Source of the DNA: Octopus sinensis
Taxonomy: Eukaryota
DNA length: 64,000 bases
NCBI RefSeq assembly: GCF_006345805.1
Contig: NC_043006.1
Location: 11,160,001-11,224,000, forward strand
Direction of reading: 5' to 3'
Part shown: in pieces, positions 24,625-36,359 of the stretch
Position numbering within the stretch: position 1 is the stretch's first letter
Layout: every line of letters starts with the position of its first letter
The notes under the pieces: generated by a model
Databases searched by the model: none
The model's input: only the letters and a program-made list of their open reading frames with translations
Told to the model about the DNA's origin: nothing
Position numbers and translations under genes: made by a program

Positions 24625-25639
24625 TATCTTAACTTTACTTAAGGCATTTGTTTGAAAGTACGAGCGAAGAGTACAGTTGAGAAATGAGGAAGGGAGAAGT
24701 GCTAATTACTTTTTTGACGAAAAGCTGATTCCTTATCGGCTGAGCAAGCTACAGACGAAAGAAAGAAAGAAAGAAATTATATAAGCTTATTATTTGCTAG
24801 AAGTTTTCCTCTTTATTTTCTTGGCGTTCACTTTAACTGATTTTCTGATTAGAATAAAAATCTTGTGATTGAATAACTAAAGAATATTTTGGAGTTAGAA
24901 AAATAGCTGATTTCTTTGAAATCACGTTGGGTTCTTTTCCGCTTGTCGATTATTCTGTTACTAATATTTAATTCTCATCTTTTCCAAGTGATATAAATCC
25001 AAAAGACGGGTATAAGATTACTGAGAAATTCATACTAGTTACATAGATTTAAAGTCACGCGAGTTTAAATTTCTTTAGTGAAGAAAATCAAATGAAAAAG
25101 ACATGTTTACCTAACGACATCCGGTTCTATTCAAGTAAAAAAAAAATGCGAAATAGCAAATGAAAATAATTTAAATAAATATAAATACACGATAAAACTT
25201 GTACGGCAGAAATATATTTGTAGTTACTGAGAAGTATGAAAACTGAAATGCATCGCAAGGATTATCCTAAGAAGCTTTAATCTTACGAATACAGATTTAT
25301 AAAAAAAATATATATATACTTTAAAAAAAAACAAGTATGTTTACGAGTTTGCATTACTCTTCGACTTCTATCAATCATTTTGTGTAATCCTTGATATACA
25401 TGTTTGAAATTTATTCCTTCTGAAAATCACGTTCTAATCTGATTCTACTTGATATTTCTTATTGCACCGTCATCAGTATAGAAAGTTATTCTATATATTG
25501 GTTTTACCGAGATATGGTTTATTTATAATTTTTATACTCATCAAAGCAGTCTTATTTTCAATCTACCCCTAACAACATTCACTTGAAACTGCTGCTGGGT
25601 GGTAAAAACAAAAGCATAATTGTAATACTTTACTGTTTT

Positions 25640-25955
25640 TTATTGACCACAAGGGGCTAAACATAGACGGGACAAACAAGGACAGACAAAGGGCTTAACG
25701 GCATACGAAATACGTATTTTTATTACTTTTACTACTCACAAGGGGCTAAACACAGAGGGGACAAACAAGGACAGACAAACGGATAAAGTCGATTATATCG
25801 ACCCCAGTGCGTAACTGGTACTTAATTTATCGACCCCGAAAGGATGAAAGGCAAAGTCAACCTCGCCGGAATTTGAACTCAGAACGTAGCGGCAGACGAA
25901 ATACGGCTACACATTTCGCCTGGCGTGCTAACGTTTCTGTCAGCTCGTTGCCTTA
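25640..25955 (-). mobile_element. SINE family U (head plus ~1.3 units)
   Basis: Head ggcaacgagctgacagaaacgttagcacgcc; core gcctttcatcctttcggggtcgataaattaagtaccagtt. Confidence 0.85.
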
Positions 25956-27136
25956 TTTTCTTTTTTTTTTTTGAGAGAGAGACCAGCTATACACAAATAT
26001 CTTTATATTGCACTGTTGATTTCTAACAAACTGAGCCAATTAGGCTTGTTTTCTTCTAAAATATTATTATCTTAATATTAACAGTTTTCACCCAGTACTT
26101 ATCGTATTAGATGTATTGTATTATTTCATGAAAAGGAAGATGCTAAGACAAAACGGAAGCCCTACTGAAATCATCAATTTCGAGGTCACAAAATGAGGCT
26201 ACACTACAATGATTTCTTATTTATTTTCTCGTGACCCATATGAGGATTTTTTTTTTCAGTACTTCTATCTTCAATAGTCCCCATTTGTAGCGAAAATGTT
26301 TTTGCCACCAGAAGGGAATCAGATTTTTTTTTATGATTACTATTAATAGGAAATGTGTGCTGAACCCTGGAATTTTTATCCACATAGAACGTTAGCATAT
26401 TTTTACCATTTAGTCTGGAGTACAGAACAATGCCAGTGACCGTTTACAGGACCTCCAAGACGGGTACGAAAGAGAAAAGGGGTAAAAAGATATCCTTAAA
26501 CTGGAACCTAACATGAATGCTTGCAACTGAGTGGACTCCTCCGCTAAAGTTACACAAGGTGCCAGATGGTAACTTTAAAATGGACAACAGACAAAGACTA
26601 CCTCCAATGTAGGTCATGACAAGATTTGAATTCATAATGCCAGACATCCCATCGGACGTTTTAAGGAAATTATCAGTCAAGCTTCCTAGATGGGAACGTT
26701 ATCAACCCCGGAAGAATGAAGTCAAAGTTGATATTGGTGGATTTGAACTTAGTACACCAGAATAAACACTGTAAAACATTTCGCTCAATGCTCTACGATT
26801 CTACCAACTTGCTGTCCATTGCTAGGAATCGCATCAATTGGAGAACTCTTTCGTCTGTGGACATAGCACAGAAGGTTCAATGTTCTTTTAGTAATATAAG
26901 TAACTAGAGTTAACTTCTATACTGCTTGCTAACAAAGCATAGGGCAGTTACGCATTGTTCGCACACGTTACGCTTATGAGTTGTATATTGTACATATTAC
27001 GCATTCATACATATTACCCATGTGTCCTAGATTTGTCGCGCACACACACACACACACCACACACACACACACTCACAAACGCATACTCACACAAACACAC
27101 ACATACAAACACAAACACTTAGTTTCCTTTAATACC

Positions 27137-27549
27137 TATTTCTTTACTACCCACAAGGGGCTAAATACTGAGAGGACACACAAGGACAGACGGACGGATT
27201 AAATCGATTATATCGACCCAATGCGTTACTGGTACTTAATTTATCGACTCCGAAAGGATGAAAGGCAAAGTCGAGCTCGGCGGAATTTGAACTCAGACCG
27301 TAACGGCAGACGAAATACCTGTTTCATTATTACCCAAAAGGGGCTAAACATAGAGGGGACAAACAAGGACAGACATATGTATTAAGTCGATTATATCGAC
27401 CCCGGTGCGTAACTGGTACTTAATTTATCGACCCCGAAAGATGAAAGGCAAAGTCGACCTCGGCGAAATTTGAACTCACAACGTAACGGCAGACGAAATA
27501 CCGCTAAGAATTTCGCCCGGCGTGCTAACGATTCTGCCAGCTCGCCGCC
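27137..27549 (-). mobile_element. SINE family U, dimer
   Basis: Two units; TSD ttaatacc at 27129-27136 / 27550-27557. Confidence 0.9.
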
Positions 27550-27814
27550 TTAATACCACACTCTCCTTCTTTCTGACTCACACTACTCACAAACTACACA
27601 AACGATTCTCAAACATTAGGAAACATTTCATCTCTCTCTGACAAAATATTTTTTCAGAAACATTAAACATGAATTCTTCTTCCTAAAATTTATTCTGTCG
27701 TCTGATTGAAAAGATCTTTGTTTACGCTGATTAATATTCTTAAATTCTTTAAGACAGAGATGGCAAATATCTGAATTATACATTTAATCGAATTTTTAAT
27801 CGTTTTTCTTTCAG

Positions 27815-27952
27815 ATGGTTACACCATGGTGGATGTTATCATGTACTGGCGCAATGGCAAAGATGCGGTTATGGGTGTTGATAGAGTCGAACTTCCGCAG
27901 TTTGACATAAAAGAATATAAAACTGTAGTCACAATTGAGAAACTAACAACAG
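27815..27952 (+). CDS. LCCH3: Internal exon of an LCCH3-like / GABA-A beta-like ligand-gated ion channel subunit (loop F to loop C)
   Basis: Acceptor tttttctttcag at 27803-27814, donor gtaaag at 27953. Phase 1/1, 138 bp. Reads (Y)GYTMVDVIMYWRNGKDAVMGVDRVELPQFDIKEYKTVVTIEKLTT(G), with the Cys-loop receptor GYT..YW..LPQF motifs. Joins in frame to the 30221 exon. Too short for the ORF track. Confidence 0.95.
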
Positions 27953-28043
27953 GTAAAGGTTTTCTTCTATTTTTAATTTTCTAATTATGTCTTCCTTTTA
28001 AGTCTGCGAGTTAGCAGAATCATTAGAGTATAAAAAAAGGGAC

Positions 28044-28348
28044 GGAGGCGCAATGGCCTAGTGGTTAGGGCAGCGGACTCGCGGTCGCAGGATTGCGGTT
28101 TCGATTCCCAGACCGGGCGTTGTGTGTGTTTATTGAGCGAAAACACCTAAAAGCTCCACGACGCTCCGGCAGGGGGTGGTGATCCCTGCTGTACTCTTTC
28201 ACCACTCTTTCTCCCACTCTTTCTTCTGTTGGCCTGCTCGCTTAGTCAGCGGGGTGGCGTCATTCGAAGGCTAAAACAATGCGAACGCATTGTGACCAGC
28301 GATGTGTAACAACATCTGATGGTCTGGTCGGTCACGTGATCACGTGAT
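28044..28348 (+). mobile_element. tRNA-Arg-like SINE, head A + tail 2, in the intron between the two receptor exons
   Basis: A box tggcctagtgg, B box gtttcgattcc. Confidence 0.9.
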
Positions 28349-28394
28349 AATAAAGGGACAGAAAACACCACACAGTCCTATTCCGAGCTCATAT

Positions 28395-28789
28395 TTACTC
28401 TTTTACTTGTTTCAGTCATTTGACTGCGGCCATGCAGGAGCACCGCCTTTAGTCGAGCAAATCGACCCCAGGACTTATTCATTGTGAGCCGAGTACTTAT
28501 TCTATCGGTCTCTTTTGCCGAACCACTAAGTTACGGCGAAGTAAACATACCAGCATCGGTTGTCAAGAGATGTTAGGGGGACAAACACAGACACACAAAC
28601 ACATATATATATATGCATATATATACAACGGGATTCTTTCAGTTTCCGTCTACCAAATCCACTCACAAGGCTTTGGTCAGCCCGAGGCTATAGTAGAAGA
28701 CACTTGCCCAAGTTGCCACGCTGTGGGACTGAACCCGGAACCATGTAGTTCGTAAGCAAGCTACTTACCACACAGCCACTCCTACGCCT
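28395..28789 (-). mobile_element. SINE family M
   Basis: Same pattern as 16571-16987. Confidence 0.9.
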
Positions 28790-29111
28790 AGGAGTAAAGT
28801 ATTATTTATAAAGTGGGAAATTGTTCTTTCTTTAATATAACGACATGCGTGGTAACATCACCCTTTAGTACTTCTGCTTTTTACATAATATTACCAGACG
28901 TAATCTTACCTTTCTCGTCAATCAAAAAGAAATACAGCAGTCCTTGGGAATCATTTTCATAAGTTATCCTCTGTGTGTATACGCGAGGCGGGGAACTATG
29001 CATGTGCATAGTTGAGTACATGTTTGATGTGTGTGCATGTAGTGTACTGTTCCGTGATGGTAAGATCAACTCAAAACGTATTCCATCTGGTGAGAGATAA
29101 ATATTATTTAA

Positions 29112-29292
29112 TAAGCACAATATATGTTTTTATGTGCTACTATTAGTTTCATGTGCTGAGAACATGCTAAATTGTGTATTCTAAAACGTCTAATGATTAC
29201 GCTGGGACACTAGACGTGTTATATTACACTGTTTGGCACCTCCTCGGCACATGAAACTAATAGTAGCACATAAAAAACATATATTGTGCTTA
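29112..29292. mobile_element. Fold-back element / MITE with ~49-bp arms
   Basis: 29112-29160 is the reverse complement of 29243-29292 (1 substitution, 1 indel); TA at both ends. Confidence 0.8.
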
Positions 29293-29323
29293 GTAAAAAG
29301 GAATATATATATGTATATATATA

Positions 29324-29356
<33 letters not shown>

Positions 29357-29358
<2 letters not shown>

Positions 29359-29483
29359 GGGTGTCCACAAAGTCTGGGTACATGGGGATTAACACATACT
29401 TTAAGAAATTATTGCTTCTTATATTTAATTGTTTATGTTATGATATTATTTACTCCATGTACCCAGACTTTGTGGAATTCCTG
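29357..29483. mobile_element. Tc1-type MITE
   Basis: Perfect 21-bp inverted repeat ccacaaagtctgggtacatgg (29365-29385) / 29455-29475, in a TA/TG tract. Confidence 0.75.
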
Positions 29484-29778
29484 TGTGTGTATATATATAT
29501 ATATAGTGACTGTACTTAATATTATTTGATTCTAGAATTGTTGACAGAATCAAACGTTATGGATGGTTGATTCTGTCAACATTTCTACGCATAAAAGTTA
29601 CATATCTCTGACTTGACGACATGACAATGAGTATTGATTGTGTAATTTACATTATGTAACTAACAATCACCTTATGTTAATGAAACGTACGTAAGCTTGT
29701 TTAACTAAATATCTTATAAACAATCTCTCATGCTTTGCTTTATTTTATTTTACATACACACGTTGTGTGTATGTATAT

Positions 29779-29850
<72 letters not shown>

Positions 29851-30220
29851 GAAAGAGAAGGTGGAGATGGTATAAATAACCAGCCAGACATAGCCATAAG
29901 TTCATTAGCAACAAAGCATCGTTTCCGAAGAAAGAGTGTACGACAGATCTGGAATACTAATTTCCATTTCCTTTTCTAGAAAATTCCATTTCCTATAAAA
30001 TTAGTGGATGAATTTTTGCATCGATAAAGAGTTTTTCTTTGGTAACTATCTTTCACTATGTAACATAATTAAACTCAGCGCTGAGTGCATAGACGCTGTG
30101 AATTTATCTTTATCATTCAAATAATATACAATATATAACAGGGATAATTTATAATTGTTTATGAACCTGGGTCCTCGCTGTAACGCTTGTTTAACGTTAT
30201 CATTTCGCATTTTCTTTCAG

Positions 30221-30373
30221 GAAACTACCAGCGACTCTCACTGAGTTTTAAGTTACAGCGGAATATTGGATATTTCATATTCCAGACATATTTGCCGTCC
30301 ATTTTGATTGTAATGCTGTCATGGGTGTCATTTTGGATTAATCATGAAGCAACATCAGCACGTGTGGCCTTGG
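30221..30373 (+). CDS. LCCH3: Internal exon of the same subunit (loop C end, M1, M1-M2 linker)
   Basis: Acceptor tttctttcag at 30211-30220, donor gtaagt at 30374. Phase 1/1, 153 bp. Reads (G)[50 protein letters not shown](G). [14 protein letters not shown] is characteristic of the LCCH3 / molluscan GABA-A beta group. Confidence 0.97.
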
Positions 30374-30449
30374 GTAAGTTACCCGAGTATTTTTGTTTTT
30401 TTTTATTTTTTAGTTCTTAACGTTTTCCAAGGAATTTTCGTATTCCACT

Positions 30450-30790
30450 TCAGTCTGTTTATCTATTCTCTTTTTAAAGTCTTCAGACTGCAGCCATGCT
30501 GGGGCATCGCCTTCAATTTGGCGATTCAATGAAGCGACCGCAGTACGTTTTTTTAAACCAAGTACTTAATTTATCGCTCTTCTGTACTGAACAACTCTTG
30601 GCGCAAACTCACCAACACCGGCTGTCAAGTGGTGGGGGGCAACAAACACAGACACAAAGACACACGTGCATATATATACATATATACGATGGGCTTCTTT
30701 CACTTTCCATCTACCAAATCCACTAACAAGGTTTGGTCGGCCCTGCTCAGGGTAACACGTGGGACTCAACACGAAGCCATGTGGTTTTTG
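30450..30790 (-). mobile_element. Diverged SINE family M, starting ~80 bp after the M1 exon
   Basis: ctgcagccatgctggggcatcgcc and ttccatctaccaaatccac cores. Confidence 0.75.
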
Positions 30791-30804
30791 AAGCTGAATA
30801 CCAT

Positions 30805-30835
<31 letters not shown>

Positions 30836-31075
30836 AAAATTGTTATTTATAGGGTACATACAGTAGACCGAAAATTCACACAGCATACACCACAAGTAGA
30901 AATACCAAAAAATAGTGATGCCACCCCGGTTAGCTCCAGCACTTGATATAGTAATACAGACTCAAATGCAGACAGACAAAACACACAGACCCACAAAATC
31001 CCCCGAAAGCACAAAACTCACATTATGGCATGTTGGTTTAACAGTCGATAGTTGAACAGTAGAATACTGAATATC

Positions 31076-31893
31076 TATTTCTTGATGAAAGGCAAAGTCG
31101 ACCTCGGCGGAATTTGAACTAGGGAAGGTAACGGCGGACGAAATAACTATCTTTACTACTCACAAAGGGCTAAACACAGAGGGGACAAACAAGGAGAGAC
31201 AAACGGATTAAGTCGATTACATCGACCCCAGTGCGTAACTGGTACTTAATTTATCGACCCCGAAAGGATGAAACGCAAAGTCCACCTCGGCGGAATTTGA
31301 ACTCAGAACGGAGTGGCGGAAGAAATACCTATTTCTTTACTACCCACAGAAAAGACAAACAAGAACAGACAAACGGATTAAGTCGATTACATTGACCCTA
31401 GTGCGTAACTGGTACTTAATTTATCAATCCCGAAAGGATGAAAGGCAAAGTTTACCTCAGAGGAATTTGAATTCAGAACTGAGCGGCGGACGAAATACCT
31501 ATTTCTTTACTACCCACAAGGGGCTAAACACGAAGAAGACAAACAAGAACAGACAAACGGATTAAGTCGATTACATCGACCCTAGTGCGTAACTGGTACT
31601 TAATTTATCAACCCCGAAAGGATGAAAGGTAAAGTTCACCTCAGCGGAATTTGAACTCAGAACGGAGCGGCGGACGAAATACCTATTTCTTTACTACCCA
31701 CAAGGGGCTAAACACGGAGAAGACAAACAAGAACAGACAAACGGATTAAGTCGATTACATCGACCCTAGTGCGTAACTGGTACTTAATTTATCAACCCCG
31801 AAAGGATGAAAGGCAAAGTCGACCTCGGCGGAATTTGAACTCAGGACGTAACGGCAGCCTGGCGTGCTAACGTTTCTGCCAGCTCGCCGCCTT
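31076..31893 (-). mobile_element. SINE family U, multimer (head, four ~184-bp units, one partial)
   Basis: Unit starts near 31148, 31328, 31498, 31682; TSD gaatactgaatatc at 31062-31075 / 31896-31909. Confidence 0.9.
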
Positions 31894-32190
31894 TGGAATA
31901 CTGAATATCAACGTTCGAGCTGAACGGAGTGTGTTCTGCGTTAACATATATTATTCTGCAATCGGTTGCTTTAGATAACCACAACCAACTATTTATTTGT
32001 GTAATACTATTTTAAACCAGACGTGTATATCCACATCATGAAAATTCGCAAATATCAATTCTTCTTTGTTGTTCATGAACCAAATACATAAAATCAAATA
32101 TGCTTCTTATCTTTCGTAAACAGTCTGTGAATCATACACATATATGTATGTATGTATGTACGTATACACACACATATATATGTGTGTTCA

Positions 32191-32233
<43 letters not shown>

Positions 32234-32397
32234 TTTAAGTTCGTTTACAGGAAACTTTTTTTTGTATGCATAAAAAAGCTTCTATTTAATTATGTCGGTT
32301 ACAGCCTAATGATATCAACTTGCTATAGCAATTTTATGTGATTGTACCGAGTTGTGCCGGCATAATGTAGGATAAGTATAATAATATAATAATAATA

Positions 32398-32431
<34 letters not shown>

Positions 32432-32449
32432 CTATGGATGGAATTTAGT

Positions 32450-32595
32450 CCGTATTCCTGTGATGATTACTGTACTCTCTATAATATCCATGGACATCAT
32501 GTGGATCATATCCATGTGCTCATTCCCTCATGTATATTATTCCCTCGATGTCCACGAATACTACGGAGTGTACTGTAATCATCCCAGAAATACGG
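32450..32595. mobile_element. Degenerate fold-back element
   Basis: ccgtattcctgtgatgattactgtactc pairs imperfectly with gagtgtactgtaatcatcccagaaatacgg; inner tatccatggacatc / gatgtccacgaata. Confidence 0.6.
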
Positions 32596-32751
32596 TCTAT
32601 GATCATAAGAAATATGTGATTTGTAGAAACGCACGTAGCGATACTTCAAAACATTTATAAACTCAATCCATGAACGATTGTTGTTACTATATATATATAT
32701 GCATATACATAAAATATACATACACATGCAGATATATTTTTATATGCAGAT

Positions 32752-32789
<38 letters not shown>

Positions 32790-33309
32790 GTGTGTGTGTG
32801 TGTGTGTGTGGATTTATATTCGTACATCAAAAAATTAAATCCACAGTAATCAAGAGCTTAATTAATAACGGGTCGTTAAACTCGACTGTTTGTTACATTG
32901 AAGTAAATACAAGTGGGATCAATTTTCATGTTTAGACATTATAGGTTAAAATGATCTCAAAAAGCAACATGTTTAGCAGAAATGACACACAAGGTATGAC
33001 ACAAACACAAACACCCATACTCATACACACACGCACACTCACGCATAAAAAACACACTCATAGACAATTATATACATACATATATATACATACATACATG
33101 TACAATTGTCGTGATGATGACGCCTATTGAAGTAGAAACACATACTCCTGACTGCCCTCTTATCTTCAGACAATGATTCTGTCCTTTTCTTTTGTATTAA
33201 ATCAACATTGGAGAATTATTTTTCTTGAGGTTATATCCCTTGCCCATATGGAACTAGTTTCAATCAACGGTTAATAATTATTACACATATAATGATAATG
33301 TGTAATAAT

Positions 33310-33541
33310 AAGGCGGCGAGCTGGCAGAATGGTTAGCACGCCGGGCGAAATGCTTAGCGGTATTTCGTCTGCGTTACGTTCTGAGTTCAAATTCTGCCGA
33401 GGTCGACTTTGCTTTTCATCCTTTCGGGGTCGATAAATTAAGTACCAGTTACGCACTGGGGTCGATGTAATCGACTTAATACCTATGTCTGTCCTTGTTT
33501 GTCCCCTCTGTGTTTAGCCCCTTGTGGGTAATAAAGAAATA
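33310..33541 (+). mobile_element. SINE family U, monomer
   Basis: Duplicated flank ggttaataattattacacata at 33269-33289 / 33542-33562. Confidence 0.9.
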
Positions 33542-33629
33542 GGTTAATAATTATTACACATACTCGAGAGGTGAAGACGATATTAATAAATCATTAATTT
33601 CTGTCGTATAGTATTTGATATACCTTTGT

Positions 33630-33835
33630 CAATGTCATAGATATATAGATAGATAGATAGATAGATATGTAGGTAGGTAGGTAGGTAGATAGATAGATGC
33701 ATACATACATACATACATACATACATACATACATACATACATACATACATACATACATACATACATACATACATACATACATACATACATACATACATAC
33801 ATACATACATACATGGATGGATGGATAGATATACA
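33630..33835. repeat. (TAGA)n (TAGG)n (TACA)n tetranucleotide tract
   Basis: Direct reading. Confidence 0.95.
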
Positions 33836-34489
33836 TACATATCTATATATACAGAGAAATATCCAAATAAATAAAAGTGCGTGTAGGTTCGTGTGTGTAT
33901 TGCATGTATATGTATGTGCGCATGTGTGTGCGTACGAAAGTGTGTTTGTGTGTGCGTGTGTGCGTGCGTGTTCTTTGGAAATACATCAAAATCTCTGTGT
34001 TGTTTTTTGGTTATGTTAATAAGAACTTGGATGCGTAATCCGTAATTGAATTTTGTGAAACTTACAATCAGATAACGAGACAGAATATTCTTTAGCTTTC
34101 CAATTTTTATGAATAATTTATAACGACAATACTCTTGGCGTACAAGTTTTTGCAAAGTTATTTAAAGTGAGCGTAGGTGTTTATGTGTGCGCGTGTGGAG
34201 ATACATTTATATGTAAGTTGTATTTTCCGAGTTGTGTATACCAACGATGTTTACATTCCCAGCTTCTACATCGTCGCACGACCTGTTAGAATTAATACAC
34301 TGCCATCTTCAAAATGGAAGGATAAGCCTGATGATGCATTTCTAGATATTCTACGTCTGAAAATAAAAAAATGATTGGTTTCTTTAGAGTGGAATACCTT
34401 TAATCAGTGTTCTATTCAGTCAGAACCGATCTGGTTCTAAGCAGCAACAACAAACACACAACAACGAAAACAACAATAACTGAAGCGTC

Positions 34490-34909
34490 GGATCTTTTCG
34501 GTTTGACCGGCAGCTTTTTCTAGAGGTGTCATATGAAATTATCACCCATAATTATGTCCCTAGTATCGATCTATTGCATTTAAATCGGTTTTAGGGTTAG
34601 GGTGGGGTTAGGAGTGGGGGAAGGGTATCTTTTTTTCTTCACAAATGTAAATAAACCCAATCTGTTTCTTAAACGAGGGACATATTCATACGGCGCAGAA
34701 TGTTTTTTAACTCAATAGACGTCACTGATTAGTTGAAATTGCAGAAATTGAAGAAAAATAACAACAAATATCTTACAAACTATAGAATTTTCTCAATAAA
34801 GCCAAGAGAAAAGATGTTTTATAAACACATTCTACCAGTATACGAAGTTTTAAAATTTTTAGTTACCTAGAAATTATGTTAAAAACTGCCGTTCAAACCG
34901 AAAAGATTC
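34490..34909. mobile_element. 420-bp MITE with ~29-bp TIRs and internal TTAGGG-like repeats
   Basis: ggatcttttcggtttgaccggcagctttt / aaaaactgccgttcaaaccgaaaagattc; ttagggttagggtgggg at ~34591. Confidence 0.8.
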
Positions 34910-35723
34910 AAATGAATACACTGCCATCTTTAAAATGGAAGGATAAGCTTGATAACGCATTTCGAGATATTCTACGTCTGAAAATAAAAATGATTGGTTT
35001 CTTTAGAGTGGAATACCTTTAATCAGTGTTCTATTCAGTCAGAACCGATCTGGTTCTAAGCAGCAACAACAAACACACAACAACCAAAAACAACAACAAC
35101 TGAAGCGTCTCTTTTACTACTGCAAGGTTTCCGTAGAGTCTTTGAAACTTACGAAAAAGAAGGCATTGGTAAAATTCTCGTTTCCCACTTGTTTGGTTGT
35201 TTGTTTGTTTTTTTTTGTATATTCATTATTTCAATTTACTCTCGTATTTTTCTAAGTGAAAAATACATTCTTTTTTTATTTCTCTTTTACTTGTTTCGGT
35301 CATTTGACTGTGGCCATGCTGGAGCACCGCCTTTAGTCGAGCAAATCGACCCCAAGACTTATTCTTTGTAAGCCCAGTACTTATTCTCTCGGTCTCTTTT
35401 TGCCGAACCGCTAAGTGACGTCTTTGGTGACTCTTTTACAAGTACGATTCGCAAAAACTAGGTTTCGACTTCAGTGAGACTAAGTGGACGGCACATTGGG
35501 CAAGTGTTTGCTTTTATAACCCTGTACTGACAAATTCCTTGAGAATGTATTTAGTAGATGGAAACCGTATGGAAGGCCATCGCATATATCCGAAATATAA
35601 TAAAGCTATTAGACAACCCTATGTAGTTTGATGTAATCGAGTGGCTTTATCGGCATCACTCCACATATTTTGCCTAATTTCTCATCTCTATTACTTAAAG
35701 GTCTACTTTAAAAATATCTATAT

Positions 35724-35962
35724 CGCGTGGCTTAGTGGTTAGGGTGTCAGCATCATGACCGTAAGATTGTGGTTTCGATTCCTGAACCGAGCGACGCGTT
35801 GTGTTCTTGAGCAAAACACTTCATTTCACGTTGCTCTAGTCCACTCAGCTGGCAAAAATTGAGTAACGCTGCGATGGACTAGCGCCCCGTCCAGCTGGAG
35901 AACACATACGCCATAGAAACCGGGAAACCGGGCCCATGAGCCTGGCTAGGCAGTAAAAGGGC
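35724..35962 (+). mobile_element. tRNA-derived SINE, head B + tail 3
   Basis: A box tggcttagtgg, B box gtttcgattcc, gctgcgatggact core. Confidence 0.85.
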
Positions 35963-36359
35963 TTTAATGGCGGTGCCCCAGCATGGCCACAGCTCGTGAG
36001 CTGAAACTAGATGAAATGAAAAAATGAAAATATCACACACACATATATGGGTGAGTGTTAACATAGGTTACGGGAATGTCGTTTAAAATTTACGACTGTT
36101 GTTTCGGTGGAATATTATTTAATGTAGCCGTAAAAGATTACATCATAATATACAATCAACTTTCATCAGGTAAAATTTTGAACAGGTAAGACTTTAAACA
36201 GTCTGCTTGGACGTAGCCAACATTTGTGGCCTTGTGTGTATGTAGCTATGTACATTTATACAGAACGTAAAGACGAACGAAATGCTGTTAAGCATTCTAT
36301 CCGGTATACCAACGATTCCGTCAGCTCGCCACCTTAACAATAACAACATCTATAATAGT

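Noticed and set aside
26430-26720. Possible RTE C-terminal remnant or exon
   Set aside because: Multiple stops and only vague similarity.
34585-34620. Interstitial telomere
   Set aside because: Only about two TTAGGG units, internal to a MITE.
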